NCBI GenBank assembly: GCA_951406725.2
Contig: OX597834.1
Span: 5,146,001 to 5,210,000 of the forward strand
Source of the DNA: Octopus vulgaris
Lineage: Eukaryota
DNA: 64,000 nucleotides
Reading direction: 5' to 3'
Within the stretch, counting starts at the first letter, position 1. Each line of letters begins with the position of its first letter. Position numbers and translations under genes: made by a program. Under the pieces are notes generated by a model. It was given only the letters and a program-made list of their open reading frames with translations. It was not told the DNA's origin and did not search any database. Below are positions 12,732-24,746 of the stretch, piece by piece.

Positions 12732-15073
12732 TTATATCTAATATATATTTAGCTATAGTTCATGCAAAATTGAATTAAGTAGCTTTTTAATTTCCTTAAT
12801 TTCATTATTAATGTTAAATTCTCAGCCTAGAGCCCTTTTTGCAATCTTTTTGGAAGATAATATTTCCATTTTATCTGATTCCATTACTTTCCGGTATGAT
12901 TCTTATAATAACGGTTTTCTTTCTAGTTTCCGATGAAAAAGGCATTTCAAAGATTAACTTACACACTTTGCCTTTCAGCCTTACACAGCCTCTTTTGTAT
13001 AACTTGAAATCTTGACCTGTCCCCTATTACGGGATAGTCAAATCGAACAATGATTAGTTTATGCCGTGCGAAGACGTAACGCATATTATAATAAGCTGGA
13101 GAGCAGTTCAGTTGATATGCGCTTTGTTAACTTTTATGGATAATCTGATGGGGCATTTTTAGAAATCATATGCATGAAACAAACCTTAAATCGTTTCACC
13201 GGGCAAGATAAAATCAGATAATTGATGCTTAATCATAATTGCGTATGACTTTGATTTAGCATTAAACAACGTGTGATTAACTGTTGTACCTACCTTATTA
13301 TATTCGAAAGTTTAAAGAATAAAAGACAATATATGTGGATTTTAGAAATTGAATTAGTGAGAATACCCATTAAAATTTTACCTGTCCTTGTATTCTGCAC
13401 TCAAGACAATCATTTCGCTCTGCTTCATTCATTTGATCCCTTCAGCGAATATACAGATGATTTATAGCTGAAGAACCAGCATTAAATTGACCCTTCCATC
13501 AGTTACAACAATAACTTCTCAGGAAGGGAGAAAATAATATCCCATCAGTGCAACCACCGGAAAAGGCAAAGGAAACAGTAAAAAGGAATCATTTTAAAAA
13601 GAAATATTCTTGGGCATTATTACTAGAGCTCGAGATTTCAATTCTGTTTCGGGATATTTTGCTGGCAACATTTATAATCGCAGTCCAAAGATCAACTTCA
13701 AAATCCAATCCAATCCGATCGAAGATTATTTTCACTCCTATATGTTAACAAAATCTTTCACATAGAATCAAGAGGTTTGTGAAAAGTGTTTCAACACTTC
13801 TTTGCATATTCTTTTTTTCTTTAACAATTTAGACCGAAGTTGTCTCTTAGTTTTTCAGTTTCTTTTTTTCTCTCTCTCATTTGTTCTGCAGCATTTTCCT
13901 AGATTGAAAGCTTACAAATGTCTATTTGGTACGGCGCAGGATATTTTTTCCTTTTGTTATTAACATTTTTTCTTTCTTTTCATTCTTCTGTATATTGCCT
14001 GGCTCGTTGATCCTTTCTCCTTTCTTTCCTCTCGTATTTCTTCACACTTAACAGAACATTGGAGAAATCTCATAAAAACCAAAATTGAAATAAACACATT
14101 CACCTGGGAGCAACTATCTTACTAACTAAATAGATAAATAAATAAAGAAGTTACTTCTAAAAATATTCTCTCCTAGAAATGGTTGGAAATAGATTGCATG
14201 ATATCTTTGTATTGATAAAAGCTATTTGTTAAAGACTTGGAAAAGTAAAAACAAATATAAAAATAAAGTATAGTGGTACCTACGGGGGAAGAAGTGAAAA
14301 ATAAAGACAAAAACCAGCAACTTGCTTTTTATTCTTTATTCTAGATTTTGTAGTCATTACATTTTTTATTAAATTTAATTGGGAAACAAATTTTATAAGA
14401 GTGATCATTATTTTTTTGTTATTATAGTAGTCTAAGAAGCGGTTCTAGTGGTGTTGGTGACGACGATTATGACTTTGCAGATGGGGATAATAAATGTGTT
14501 ATGGCGGTGAAGAAACAGCGGAAGGGAGCCATTGTGCTGCGGTATTTGGCGAGGACTTGAGGAAAAAAAGTAATTTTGCTTCGCTATCTGCTATTTCCAC
14601 TAATGAATGGTTTATTAGAGGCAGAGTAAAATATTTAACAATGGAGATTCGGAATGCTTCATCGACTTAAAAGCTCATGACACACACACACATACACACG
14701 CATACACATACATACATACACACATACATGCATGCACACATACATGCATGCACACATACATACATACGTCGCACACACACACATGCATACATATGTATAT
14801 ATATGTATATATATATATGTGTGTGTGTGTGTGTATGTAGATAATTAATAATATCAGGGTAATAAAAGTTTTAGAAATTCTTTAATACCAGTGGCCTAGG
14901 GTGTAGAAAAAATAGTCAATAGACTATATATTATTCATATAAATACATTTAAACACATAAGAGGTATCTGTCATAGCATTCCTGGCATGCTAGAAGGAAC
15001 AGCCAAAACCAAAACCACTATTAGAGATAAACGTCGAAGGGAATGAATACTAAAAACATTTACCCATCTATCT

Positions 15074-15141
15074 CCCGGACCATGGTTTCTGACTTTTTTA
15101 GCAAATAAAATAATCTGCTAGACGAAGTCTTCATCAACAGG
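15074..15141 (-). ncRNA. Hammerhead ribozyme motif (degenerate) in a TA-flanked PLE fragment (~14835-15180)
   Basis: Minus strand: CCUG-UUGAUGA-aGACUU...AAGUCa-GAAA-CCAUGG-UC-CGGG. Confidence 0.55.
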
Positions 15142-15346
15142 CAAGCCTAGATTAAACATATAAGTATGAGGCTCATACTTATATATATATATATATATAC
15201 ACATTTTTATCAATATATATATATATTGATAAAAATGTTAAGAAAACAAAAGAAAGAGACCTCGATATTATGTAAATAGAGGAATTCATCTGTAAATGTA
15301 ATGTGTGGCGATTATTCGGTAGCCATGATGAAACTCCGACTTTCAG

Positions 15347-15808
15347 ATGCCGAGGTGGAAATCCACGCCGCCATCTCTAAAAAAATGTGGTAGATCGAAC
15401 TGTGCAACATGTCCTAACCTATTGGAAGGATCAGAATTCTTCTTTAAAGAGGGACAGAAATTCAAGATCAAATCTAACTTTACTTGTGCCTCTGAAAACA
15501 TAATTTATGTCATTAAATGCTCGGGCTGCCACCAAGACTACGTGGGGTCCACGGGACTATCACTCAGACGTAGATGCGCACTGCATCGACAACAGATTGC
15601 ATTCCCAGAATATAGAATGATACCTTTTAGTGAACACATTGAGAAATGCGCAAAGCAACTACAACCACAATTTTTAATCTTTCCATTTTACCAATGTGCT
15701 TTCGGATCATCATCACAAATTAGACTAAATAAGGAAACATTCTTCATTGAAAAGTACAAACCCAGACTCAACTATCCGAACTCAATAATACAGAGAAATT
15801 CACACTAA
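15347..15808 (+). pseudogene. GIY-YIG endonuclease domain of a Penelope-like retroelement (Neptune-type), 5'-truncated
   Basis: Cys linker CGRSNCATC, FTCASENIIYVIKCSGC..YVGST (GIY-YIG with CxxC), H..H, and terminal R.NKE.FFI.KYKP.LN. No RT upstream. Confidence 0.88.
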
Positions 15809-16106
15809 AGGAAAAAAAATTTTTTAAGTGATTATCTCCCTTACACCAGAAGAAATCACTCACTACTTTCCCTTATTTATAACTCTCCTTAGCAAAAATA
15901 CAAGGATTACGTTATTAAAAATAAACATTAAGTCACAAGAAATTTGAAGAGCTAACTGCGAAACCGGTATTTCTTTAAAAATTATAAAATTATGTCATTT
16001 TAAGGAAAGGAAAAAATTTTTCCAATATTCTCCAGACATTTTGACGCAAATATATATATTTTTTAACATTTAAGCCTTCTGTCGTTTTTTCACTCTTTAC
16101 TATTTT

Positions 16107-16108
<2 letters not shown>
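15377..16108 (+). mobile_element. Penelope-like element 3' end (EN + 3'UTR + hammerhead) ending at (TA)n
   Basis: GIY-YIG ORF, hammerhead-like motif at 15937 and (TA)n starting at 16109. Confidence 0.8.
15937..15975 (+). ncRNA. Minimal hammerhead ribozyme-like motif
   Basis: AAGAAA(u)-UUGAAGA-GC(uaacu)GC-GAAA-CCGG-UA-UUUCUU, about 130 nt after the GIY-YIG stop codon. Confidence 0.6.
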
Positions 16109-16144
<36 letters not shown>

Positions 16145-17041
16145 TATACACACACACATATATTTCTGTGAAATATATCTTTAATAAATATTTTCAAGAA
16201 AGAAATAACTTTGACGTTAAAATATTCTGCCAAAGTAATTAAAAGTATCAAAATAGATGATATTAAGAGCTATTAATAATTGGGTATTTGCAATATTTCA
16301 AAGATTCCTCATTCTGGCAGATGAACACCTGTTTATATGCATTGTCTGCTACTATAAATTAATACGTGAACGACACACAAAACCGAAACAATGTAAAGAG
16401 TGCCATAATAGGTTTTGAAAAGAGAGAAAAAGATATTTAGTTGATTTATGGAAGATCATCAGCTGTGCGATGGTGCTTATTGCCTGCAGTCAATAAAATC
16501 ACAATACAACCTCACCAAAAATAAGTGAAGGAGGTAGTGAAGGAAGTAATGTTTGGAAATAGCAAAAAGAGAACTTTCAATTGAAACCTGATCCTCCTCA
16601 AGCAGGAGTGAAAAGGTGTCAGTGAGAAACTCCGACATCAGAGTAGAGTAAGCGAAAGAAAAACAATAAACAGAAGATTTAACCGGAACCATGTAGCATT
16701 GTACAGAGACAGGAAAAGAGACGTAAATAACATAAAAATTTCTTCCGGAAAAAAATCTTAAGCAAGGAAAAATAGTTTAAGCAAAACGATCTATGACTGG
16801 AAGACATTCAAATTAATTATTGTCTCTGTATTACACTTCAGCATCAAGAATAGACTTGATTGGTGGATTACTGGTACAAGAAACTAATCATTTACTGAAT
16901 GTATCTTATCGACCTGTACCAGAAAGCTCTCAATGGGAATAGTAGCATGCTACAATGGTTAGTCCCCGGTAAAATCTGGCAAAGCACCAAAGCAAAACTA
17001 CCTTCATGACAATTACGTACCAGAGTCTAATGTATAGAATA

Positions 17042-17473
17042 TACTCTCTTTTACTCTTTACTCTTTTATTTGTTTCAGTAATTTGGCTGTGGCCATGCTG
17101 GAGCACCGCCTTTAGTCGAGCAAATCGACCCCAGGACTTATTCTTTTATAAGCCTAGTACTTATTCTATCGGTATCTTTTGCCGAACCGCTAAGTTACGT
17201 GGACGTAAACACAACAGCATCGGTTGTCAAGCGATGTTGGGGGGGGGGACAAATACAGACACACAAACATATACACACACATACATATATATATATATAT
17301 ACATATATACGACGGGCTTCTTTCAGTTTCCGCCTACCAAATCCACTCACAAAGCTTTGGTCGGCCCGATGCTATAGTAGAAGACACTTGCCCAAGGTGC
17401 CAGGCAGTGGGACTGAACCCGGAAACATGTAGTTCGTAAGCAAGCTACTTACCACACAGCCACTCCTACGCCT
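17042..17473 (-). mobile_element. SINE family A, full length
   Basis: Aligns to the family A consensus. Confidence 0.93.
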
Positions 17474-17681
17474 ATATTCAACCAGTTTAAAACTATTCAT
17501 CCGAGACCATTTTGAAAGAGATATCATCACAACAGAACAACTAGCTAGGGGGAAGGGATTTAGGTGATATGCCGAGCAATTATTGCTAAACAAACTGTAA
17601 TGTCTGAGGCGCGGCAGAACGGAAAGAACCTGGTTTGAGTGTGATTGGGTTACAAGAAAGCGTTTGATCCACCCTCACACC

Positions 17682-17912
17682 TATTTCTTTACTACCCACA
17701 AGGGGCTAAACACAGAGGGGACAAACAAGGACAGACAAAGGGATTAAGTCGATTACATCGACCCCAGTGCGTAACTGGTACTTAATTTATCGACCCCGAA
17801 AGGATGAAAGGCAAAGTCGACCTCGGCGGAATTTGAACTCAGAACGTAGCGGCAGACAAAATACCGCTAAGCATCTCGCCTGGCGTGCTAACGATTCTGC
17901 CAGCTCGCCGTT
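17682..17912 (-). mobile_element. tRNA-derived SINE family B monomer (Meta-like central domain), 13-bp TSD
   Basis: Sense head GGCGAGCTGGCAGAA, B box GAGTTCAAATTCC, central GCCTTTCATCCTTTCGGGGTCGATAAA.TAAGTACCAG. TSD ccaccctcacacc at 17669-17681 and 17917-17929. Confidence 0.92.
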
Positions 17913-18707
17913 TCTGCCACCCTCACACCACTCGTGGATGTTACAAGCCCATTTGACTTGCTAAATTCCAGAGTGCATGATCACAGCCATAGCTGAAATT
18001 AGTTCATCCAGGGACACCATCCGACCAAAGAAATCGGATCACTGCTCTTTGTTCTTATTTGGTGCCAATGGAGAGGCCATGCTTATACTCTAAAGCCAGA
18101 AAGTAAAATGGTGTGATCAGACTGCAACTTTGATCACTTGACTACAACAGTACTAACTATAAGCAAGCATGCACAGAAGGCAATGCAACAATAATAAAGA
18201 CATGCTATGGCGAAAGGGCGGATAACTTTCGACTTCCCTTCGCATATTTACGGTGGCAAAATGGAGGAATCGGCTGAGTAATGGTTAGAATTTCAGCTAT
18301 TTGTTCCAGTTTGTTTCAAAAGTTTGTGTTTGTTAAATAAAAGGCTAGTATTAGATTTGTTATTTTCCTGTTCCCTCTCTCACTATCTCTCTCGCGCTCT
18401 CTTACCTTCAACGACTCTCCATTTATCATTTCCTCACGATTGTACAAATAAATCAAAGGCCCAAACTTATCACATCAACTCATGCCAATTTGATCTTAGG
18501 ATTAAGATAAGATTATTCAAACTTCAGAATCTCAGTCGCTAACACCTTACATATAAGTATAAAAAAAGTCAGTTGGTTACTAGTTGAGTGTTATCGTCGT
18601 GAACGACGGAGAATTTGCTACACATGCACGCATCACATGTATGCAGGTATGTATGCATGTGTGTATGTATGTTTATATATACATAATACATACACACACA
18701 CACACAC

Positions 18708-18809
<102 letters not shown>

Positions 18810-19371
18810 TTAGGTGTCTCAACGAATATCTATACTTACAAATACATATACATACACGCGACATATACAGACACATGTGTATGCATATCTGTGTATGTAT
18901 ATAAATGTATATATATATATATATATGTATATACATGTAACAAAGAGAGTGGTGAATGATATGGGTGGGGGCTGTTTTGTGAGGGTCACTAAACTAAAAC
19001 TTCTACGCAATGTTCCCTTCTTTTATGCTCTTTTTGTAATTTATATAATTAAAAATTTTGAAGCAGTTCTTTGAAAAATCTATTAATTATTAACTGAATT
19101 TAATTAAAAAAAAGTATTTTTTTATTCAACATTTTTTTTTTGTTACTACTTCACATTTTTTTAGTTTTGTTTTTCAGTTAGAAAGAGAAAGGTGTAAAGA
19201 AAAGTAAGAAACACAGAAAACTGTCTTTTCTTTTTTTTTTTTATCAGAAGTATTAAGGAGTATTTAAGTGATTAGTTTCATCATTGAATTAGAAATTTTG
19301 TTTGAGACGGTAGTAAAAGATTAAAGAGAATTTTAGAAAATGATGAATATTTTTCTTTCCTTCGTCATTAT

Positions 19372-19402
19372 AGATTATTATTATTATCATTATTATTATT
19401 AC

Positions 19403-19442
<40 letters not shown>

Positions 19443-19446
19443 GTTG

Positions 19447-19484
<38 letters not shown>

Positions 19485-19512
19485 TTTGTTATTATTATTA
19501 TTACTATTATTG

Positions 19513-19561
<49 letters not shown>

Positions 19562-19635
19562 TATTATTGTAGTTGTTGTTGTTATTATTATTATTATCAT
19601 TATTATTATTACTATTATTATTATTACTATTATTG

Positions 19636-19666
<31 letters not shown>

Positions 19667-19710
19667 CATTATTATTATTATTGTTATTATTATTATTATC
19701 ATTATCATCA

Positions 19711-19741
<31 letters not shown>

Positions 19742-19918
19742 CATTATTATCATCATTATAATTATTATTATTATGAATTTTACTTTTATTATTATCATCA
19801 TCATCACAGTCGTTATTATTTTTATTATTGTTCTTGTTATTGCCGTTGTTCTTTGTTAATGTTGATATTGTGTGGCGATGGTGGTAATTTTCGTCTTCTT
19901 CTTCTTCTTCTCTTCTAT

Positions 19919-19977
<59 letters not shown>

Positions 19978-20090
19978 TCGCCACTGTTGCTGTTATTCCT
20001 ACTAGCGTCTTTGAAGCGAATGTTGAACTTTGATCCGAGTGGAAATATGACTGAAATAATAATAATAATAACAACAACAACAACAACAAC

Positions 20091-20156
<66 letters not shown>
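19372..20156. repeat. Large compound trinucleotide microsatellite (TAT/TGT/CAT/TAC/AAT)
   Basis: Directly visible. It explains the poly-I/Y/N/L ORFs. Confidence 0.98.
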
Positions 20157-20649
20157 TAAAAAACAAACAAACAAAAAGAAACCACCGCCGAAGCCTGAAA
20201 GATGTATGTACAACCATTGTGGTTTAGAGAAAAGAATATGAAAATAGACAAAATACATGTAAAAATATATATATATAGCAAAATGAAACTTAAAGAAACA
20301 CTCCTTTATCTGGCATGAACACTTGAAGTAAAAATAAACATAATGATGACTATGACGAGAGGAGGAGGAAGAGGAGAAAACAATAAGATGTGGAGGAGAC
20401 TGGTAATTGTGTTAGAATTTTATTCTCATGTCAATTATGTTGAAGACCTGTGATCAAAGCCATGTTGATAACATCTTATTTTCAAACGATGTATCTGGAC
20501 TACCTATTCAAGTAAATTCCTTTTGTTTTCTAACATAGGAGGCATTCTTTTGAAGAGAATTTGGATACTATTTCTAACGCTTAGAGAATTACATAGTACA
20601 GCTATTCCATGGTTGTGATGGTGGTGATGATGATGATGAGGATTACGAC

Positions 20650-21990
20650 GAAGTCGGTCATGAGGAGGATGATTAGAAATGGCCAATACCATTGGAAATT
20701 TGTCTTCTCAGATTGAACCCAAAAGTAATTGATATCAAAATGTTCCAGTCTACCACTCCTAGTGTTTCCCTGCATGAGCGGATTACAATGATGATGGTAA
20801 CTATTAAGTATGAAGAGGAGGACCATCATTTTAAAGAGGTTCTTGATAGTCAGTACTCTGAGAAAATACGTACATTGCCCAATCTCTAAAATGTTCTGGA
20901 ACTACCACATTAGTACGCTTATGTTCAAAGCGTACATAAATATTCCTTGCTTCAACCGGTAAGAGTAAATTCTTTTTCCTGAATACATTCCTGGCTAGTG
21001 TTTAAGATCAAGTTGTTGATGTGTGATGACGTTTTCCTTATCTTAGGTCAGCATGAAGTGGTCTCCACACGACTGATTTGGATTCTTCCAGTTCAGGGTG
21101 GCGTCCACTGAAACTTGATAGACACAGCCGCCTTTGCATAATTTGCTACTGCCATTTTGATATTGCTAAGCAGCTCAAATTCTTTTAATGATCAACTGTT
21201 ATTCCTCTAACTTATTGGTAACTATTGGTAACTACTGGGGATCTTTTCGGTTTGAACGGCAGTTTTTTCTAGCGGTGTCATATGAAATTGTCACCCATAA
21301 TTATGACCCTAGTATCGATCTATTCCATTTCAATCTGTTTTAGGGTTAGGGCTAGGAGTGGGGAGAAGGGTATCTTTTTTTCTTCACAAATGTAGATGAA
21401 CCCAATCTGATTCTTAAACGAGGGACATATTCATACGGCACAGAATGTTTTTTAACTCAACAGACGTCATTGATTGGTTGAAGTTGCAGAAATTGAAGAA
21501 AAAAACAACAAATACCTTACAAACTATAGAATTTTCTCAATAAAGCCAAGAGAAAAAGATGTTTTATAAACACATTCTACCAGTATACGAAGTTTAACAT
21601 TTTTTATTTACCTAGAAATTATGTTAAAAACTGCCGTTCAAACCGAAAAGATCCAATGCTGGCAACTATAATTTGTGATATTGACCTGCTCATCATCCCT
21701 CTTATGGTAATCTTATTTTTTGTTGGGAAACCGCTGCATCTGAAATAGATCTGAAACATATGATACGGGGGTTAATTAGATCCTTAAAATGGTTCTTTAG
21801 AAACTGACTAGAGATTGATTTATATTGAGGTGAATTGTCACGTTCTATTTATGCTCTTTGTAACATTGTAGCAAAATATAACTTTGAAGCATCTCTGTAC
21901 TTGCGTATGCCGCTGTTAAAACGGTACGATCTACCCCACTCCTTGGAATAAAAACAGTGTTTCGATGAAATTTCATTATTAAATTATTCT
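20650..21990 (-). mobile_element. Highly degraded RTE-like LINE, interrupted by a MITE
   Basis: Weak minus-strand peptide remnants (FIPRSGVD; SGRHP..; ELL..L..G.Y) in the expected order. Many frameshifts. Confidence 0.35.
21239..21654. mobile_element. MITE with 29-bp perfect TIRs (GG-terminal; Merlin-like candidate) and internal TTAGGG repeats
   Basis: GGATCTTTTCGGTTTGAACGGCAGTTTTT at 21239-21267 and its exact reverse complement at 21626-21654. Possible degenerate 8-bp TSD actactgg/aatgctgg. Confidence 0.88.
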
Positions 21991-22860
21991 TTCTTACTAA
22001 AAATTGCCATTGGGGTTTTGTTTCCTTTCTCGAACTGAGACTCGAATTATACTTAATTTGGTATTTTTTGTGAACTTCTATTCAGTGCATCACTACCTAA
22101 CCGAATTGCTTAGCTCTGTGACTTAGTAATAGTTTTTTACTGGTTTGATAGGCGCTAATTCACTGCTAAACTGAAGAGCAAGAGCGAATGTGCTTTTTGT
22201 TAGTCTGTGGAGAATTGTGCTCAGATCGACGACGGGGACATAGAAATCGGATATCATTCCAGAGAGAGAGAGAGAGAACAGCATAGACAGAGAGGGAGAG
22301 AAAGAGAGAGGGTGTAGGTGAGAGAAAATGTATGCTTGCATATGTGTCTTTGTGTGTGTGTGTATGCCCGTATGTGTGTGTGTGTGTGCGTGCTTATATA
22401 TGCCTGTGTGTTTGTGAGTGTCTGTCTGTGCGTGTGTATGTGTCTTCGTAATGTCATTTCCTGCTGTTTGTGTGCAAGTCTGGTCATTTCCACGTTACAC
22501 ATTATAGCTCTAGGTAACAAAAATAACTTACATTATATAACATATTATTTATTATTCATCAATTTAGCTAATAAAATTTATTAGTATAGCGTATATTATA
22601 GCTTACATAACTTAGTTTAAAGAGTATAGCATTTTTATTATAATTCAATTTCCTGTAGCTTTTCAAAGCTGTCGCAAATTGTTTAATATTACTCTTGAGC
22701 TTTCCTATGATTTTAAATCTATCCATTATAAACAATTATAGCCCATTCTTACAAATTTGCGACCTTCTGCGAAGATGGAAATCATATTGAACTACAGTGC
22801 TTAACATAAGCTATATAATCTCTCAGATATATTCTATTAGGTATGTGAAATTTCAGTGTG

Positions 22861-22910
<50 letters not shown>

Positions 22911-23416
22911 TGTGTGTGTGTGTGTGTGATAGAGAGAGTGTGTGTGTAAATAGCTGATGGTGGGTTTGTGTAGAACACTTGACGGATAAATACCTGTGCA
23001 ACCTATACACCCAGACGTATCAAAAGTAAATAGACACCAGCTTTTTTTTTTTCCTTTTTTCTTTTGCTTTCAAAATTTATTTCCAGAAAATAGAAAGCCA
23101 TTTGATGCATTTAACTACTTAATTTCATATTTAGTAGACATGCCTGGTGCAGCTTTTAATGACTCAACTCGTTCGGGCATCGTACTAATGAGTAATGTCT
23201 GACCCGATAAAACGGGTATAATGAAGGGTATCTATTTATTTTTGAGACGTCTGTGTACGTGTCTTTAGTTATGTATGCCTGTGTGTCTGTATATGTATGT
23301 ATGAATGTATGTATATATGTGTGTCTTTGTAGTAGCATGTATATATATGTGTTTGAGTTTGCGTGGATAAACTTAATAGAGTAGATCTTAGTTCATCTAT
23401 ATCGAGTGTAATTTTG

Positions 23417-24185
23417 TTTCTTTATTACCCACAAGGGGTTAAACATAGATGGGACAAACAAGGACTGACAAACGGATTAAGTCGATTATATCGACCCCAG
23501 TGCGTAACTGGTACTTAATTTATCGACCCCGAAAGGATGAAAGGCGAAGTCGACCTCGGCGGAATTCGAACTCAGAACGTGAAGACGGATGAAATACCTA
23601 CTTTTTTACTACCTACAAGGGGCTAAACATAGAGAGGACAAACGAGGACAGACAAACGGATTAAGTCGATTACATCGACCCCAGTGCGTAACTGGTACTC
23701 AATTTATCGACCCCGAAAGGATGAAAGGCGAAGTCGACCTCGGTGGAATTCAAACTCAGAACGTGAAGACGGATGAAATACCTACTTTTTACTACCTACA
23801 AGGGGCTAAACATAGAGAGGACAAACGAAGACAGACAAGCGGATTAAGTCGATTATATTGACCCCAGTACGTAACTGGTACTTATTTAATCGACCCCTAA
23901 AGGATGAAAAGCAAAGTCGACCTCGGCGGAATTCGAACTCAGAACGTGAAGACGGATGAAATACCTACTTCTTTACTACCCACAAGGGGCTAAACATAGA
24001 TGGGACAAACGAGGACAGACAAACGGATTAAGTCGATTATATCGACTCCAGTGCGTAACTGGTACTTATTTAATCGACCCCGAAAGGATGAAAGGCAAAG
24101 TCGACCTCGGCGGAATTCGAACTCAGAACGTGAAGACGGATGAAATACCGCCAAGGATTTTTCTCGTAATGTTAATGGCTCAACC
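23417..24185 (-). mobile_element. SINE family B tetramer (one degenerate head + 4 x ~184-bp body units)
   Basis: ggatgaaatacc recurs at about 23587, 23771, 23954 and 24138. Confidence 0.92.
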
Positions 24186-24281
24186 AACTTTTCGCTTTGA
24201 AAAAGATATGTTTTTATTGAAAGCAAAGACACTCATTATACCAATGTGGGGAGACTTTCAATTGATGCACTATTGTTAATA

Positions 24282-24524
24282 TACTCTTTTACTCTTTTAC
24301 TTGTTTCAGTCATTTGACTGCGGCCATGCTGGAGCACCACCGCCTTTAGTCGAGCAAATCGACCCCCGGGACTTATTCTTTTTGTAAGCCCAGTACTTAT
24401 TCTATCGGTCTCTTTTGCCGAACAGCTAAGTGACGGGGACGTAAACACACCAGCATCGGTTGTCAAGCAATGCTAGGGGGGACAAACACAGACACGCAAA
24501 CACACACACACACACACACACACA

Positions 24525-24580
<56 letters not shown>

Positions 24581-24746
24581 TACGACAGGCTTCTTTCAGT
24601 TTCCGTCTACCAAATCCACTCACAAGGCATTGGTCGGCCCGGGGCTATAGCAGAAGACACTTGCCCAAGATGCCACGCAGTGGGACTGAACCCGGAACCA
24701 TGTGGTTGGTAAGCAAGCTACTTACCACACAGCCACTCCTGTGCCT
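24282..24746 (-). mobile_element. SINE family A, full length
   Basis: Aligns to family A. Confidence 0.93.

Larger units (their letters stand above)
16790..17990 (+). mobile_element. Degraded R4/Dong-like (RLE-type) non-LTR reverse transcriptase, interrupted by SINE A and SINE B
   Basis: Ordered peptides ITYQSLMYRIY | IRDHFERDIITTEQLARGKG..YAEQLL.NK | MSEARQNGKNL..V*LGYKKAFD | HSWML match R4-clade RT motifs (PITC..MYK; EQ.G..G.WGC.EQLL; RNL..AWIDYKKAFDS.PHSW). Confidence 0.7.

Noticed and set aside
13380-13570. Exon-like stretch with a minus-strand donor
   Set aside because: Stops in all three frames and no recognisable homology.
19289-20258. Long ORFs of 172-296 aa (also 45764-46682 and the many YIYI/CVCV ORFs)
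   Set aside because: These are translations of microsatellites, which lack stops by composition.
23417-24185. CRISPR-like regular array
   Set aside because: Units are whole ~184-bp SINE bodies with no unique spacers and no cas genes, in a eukaryotic context.
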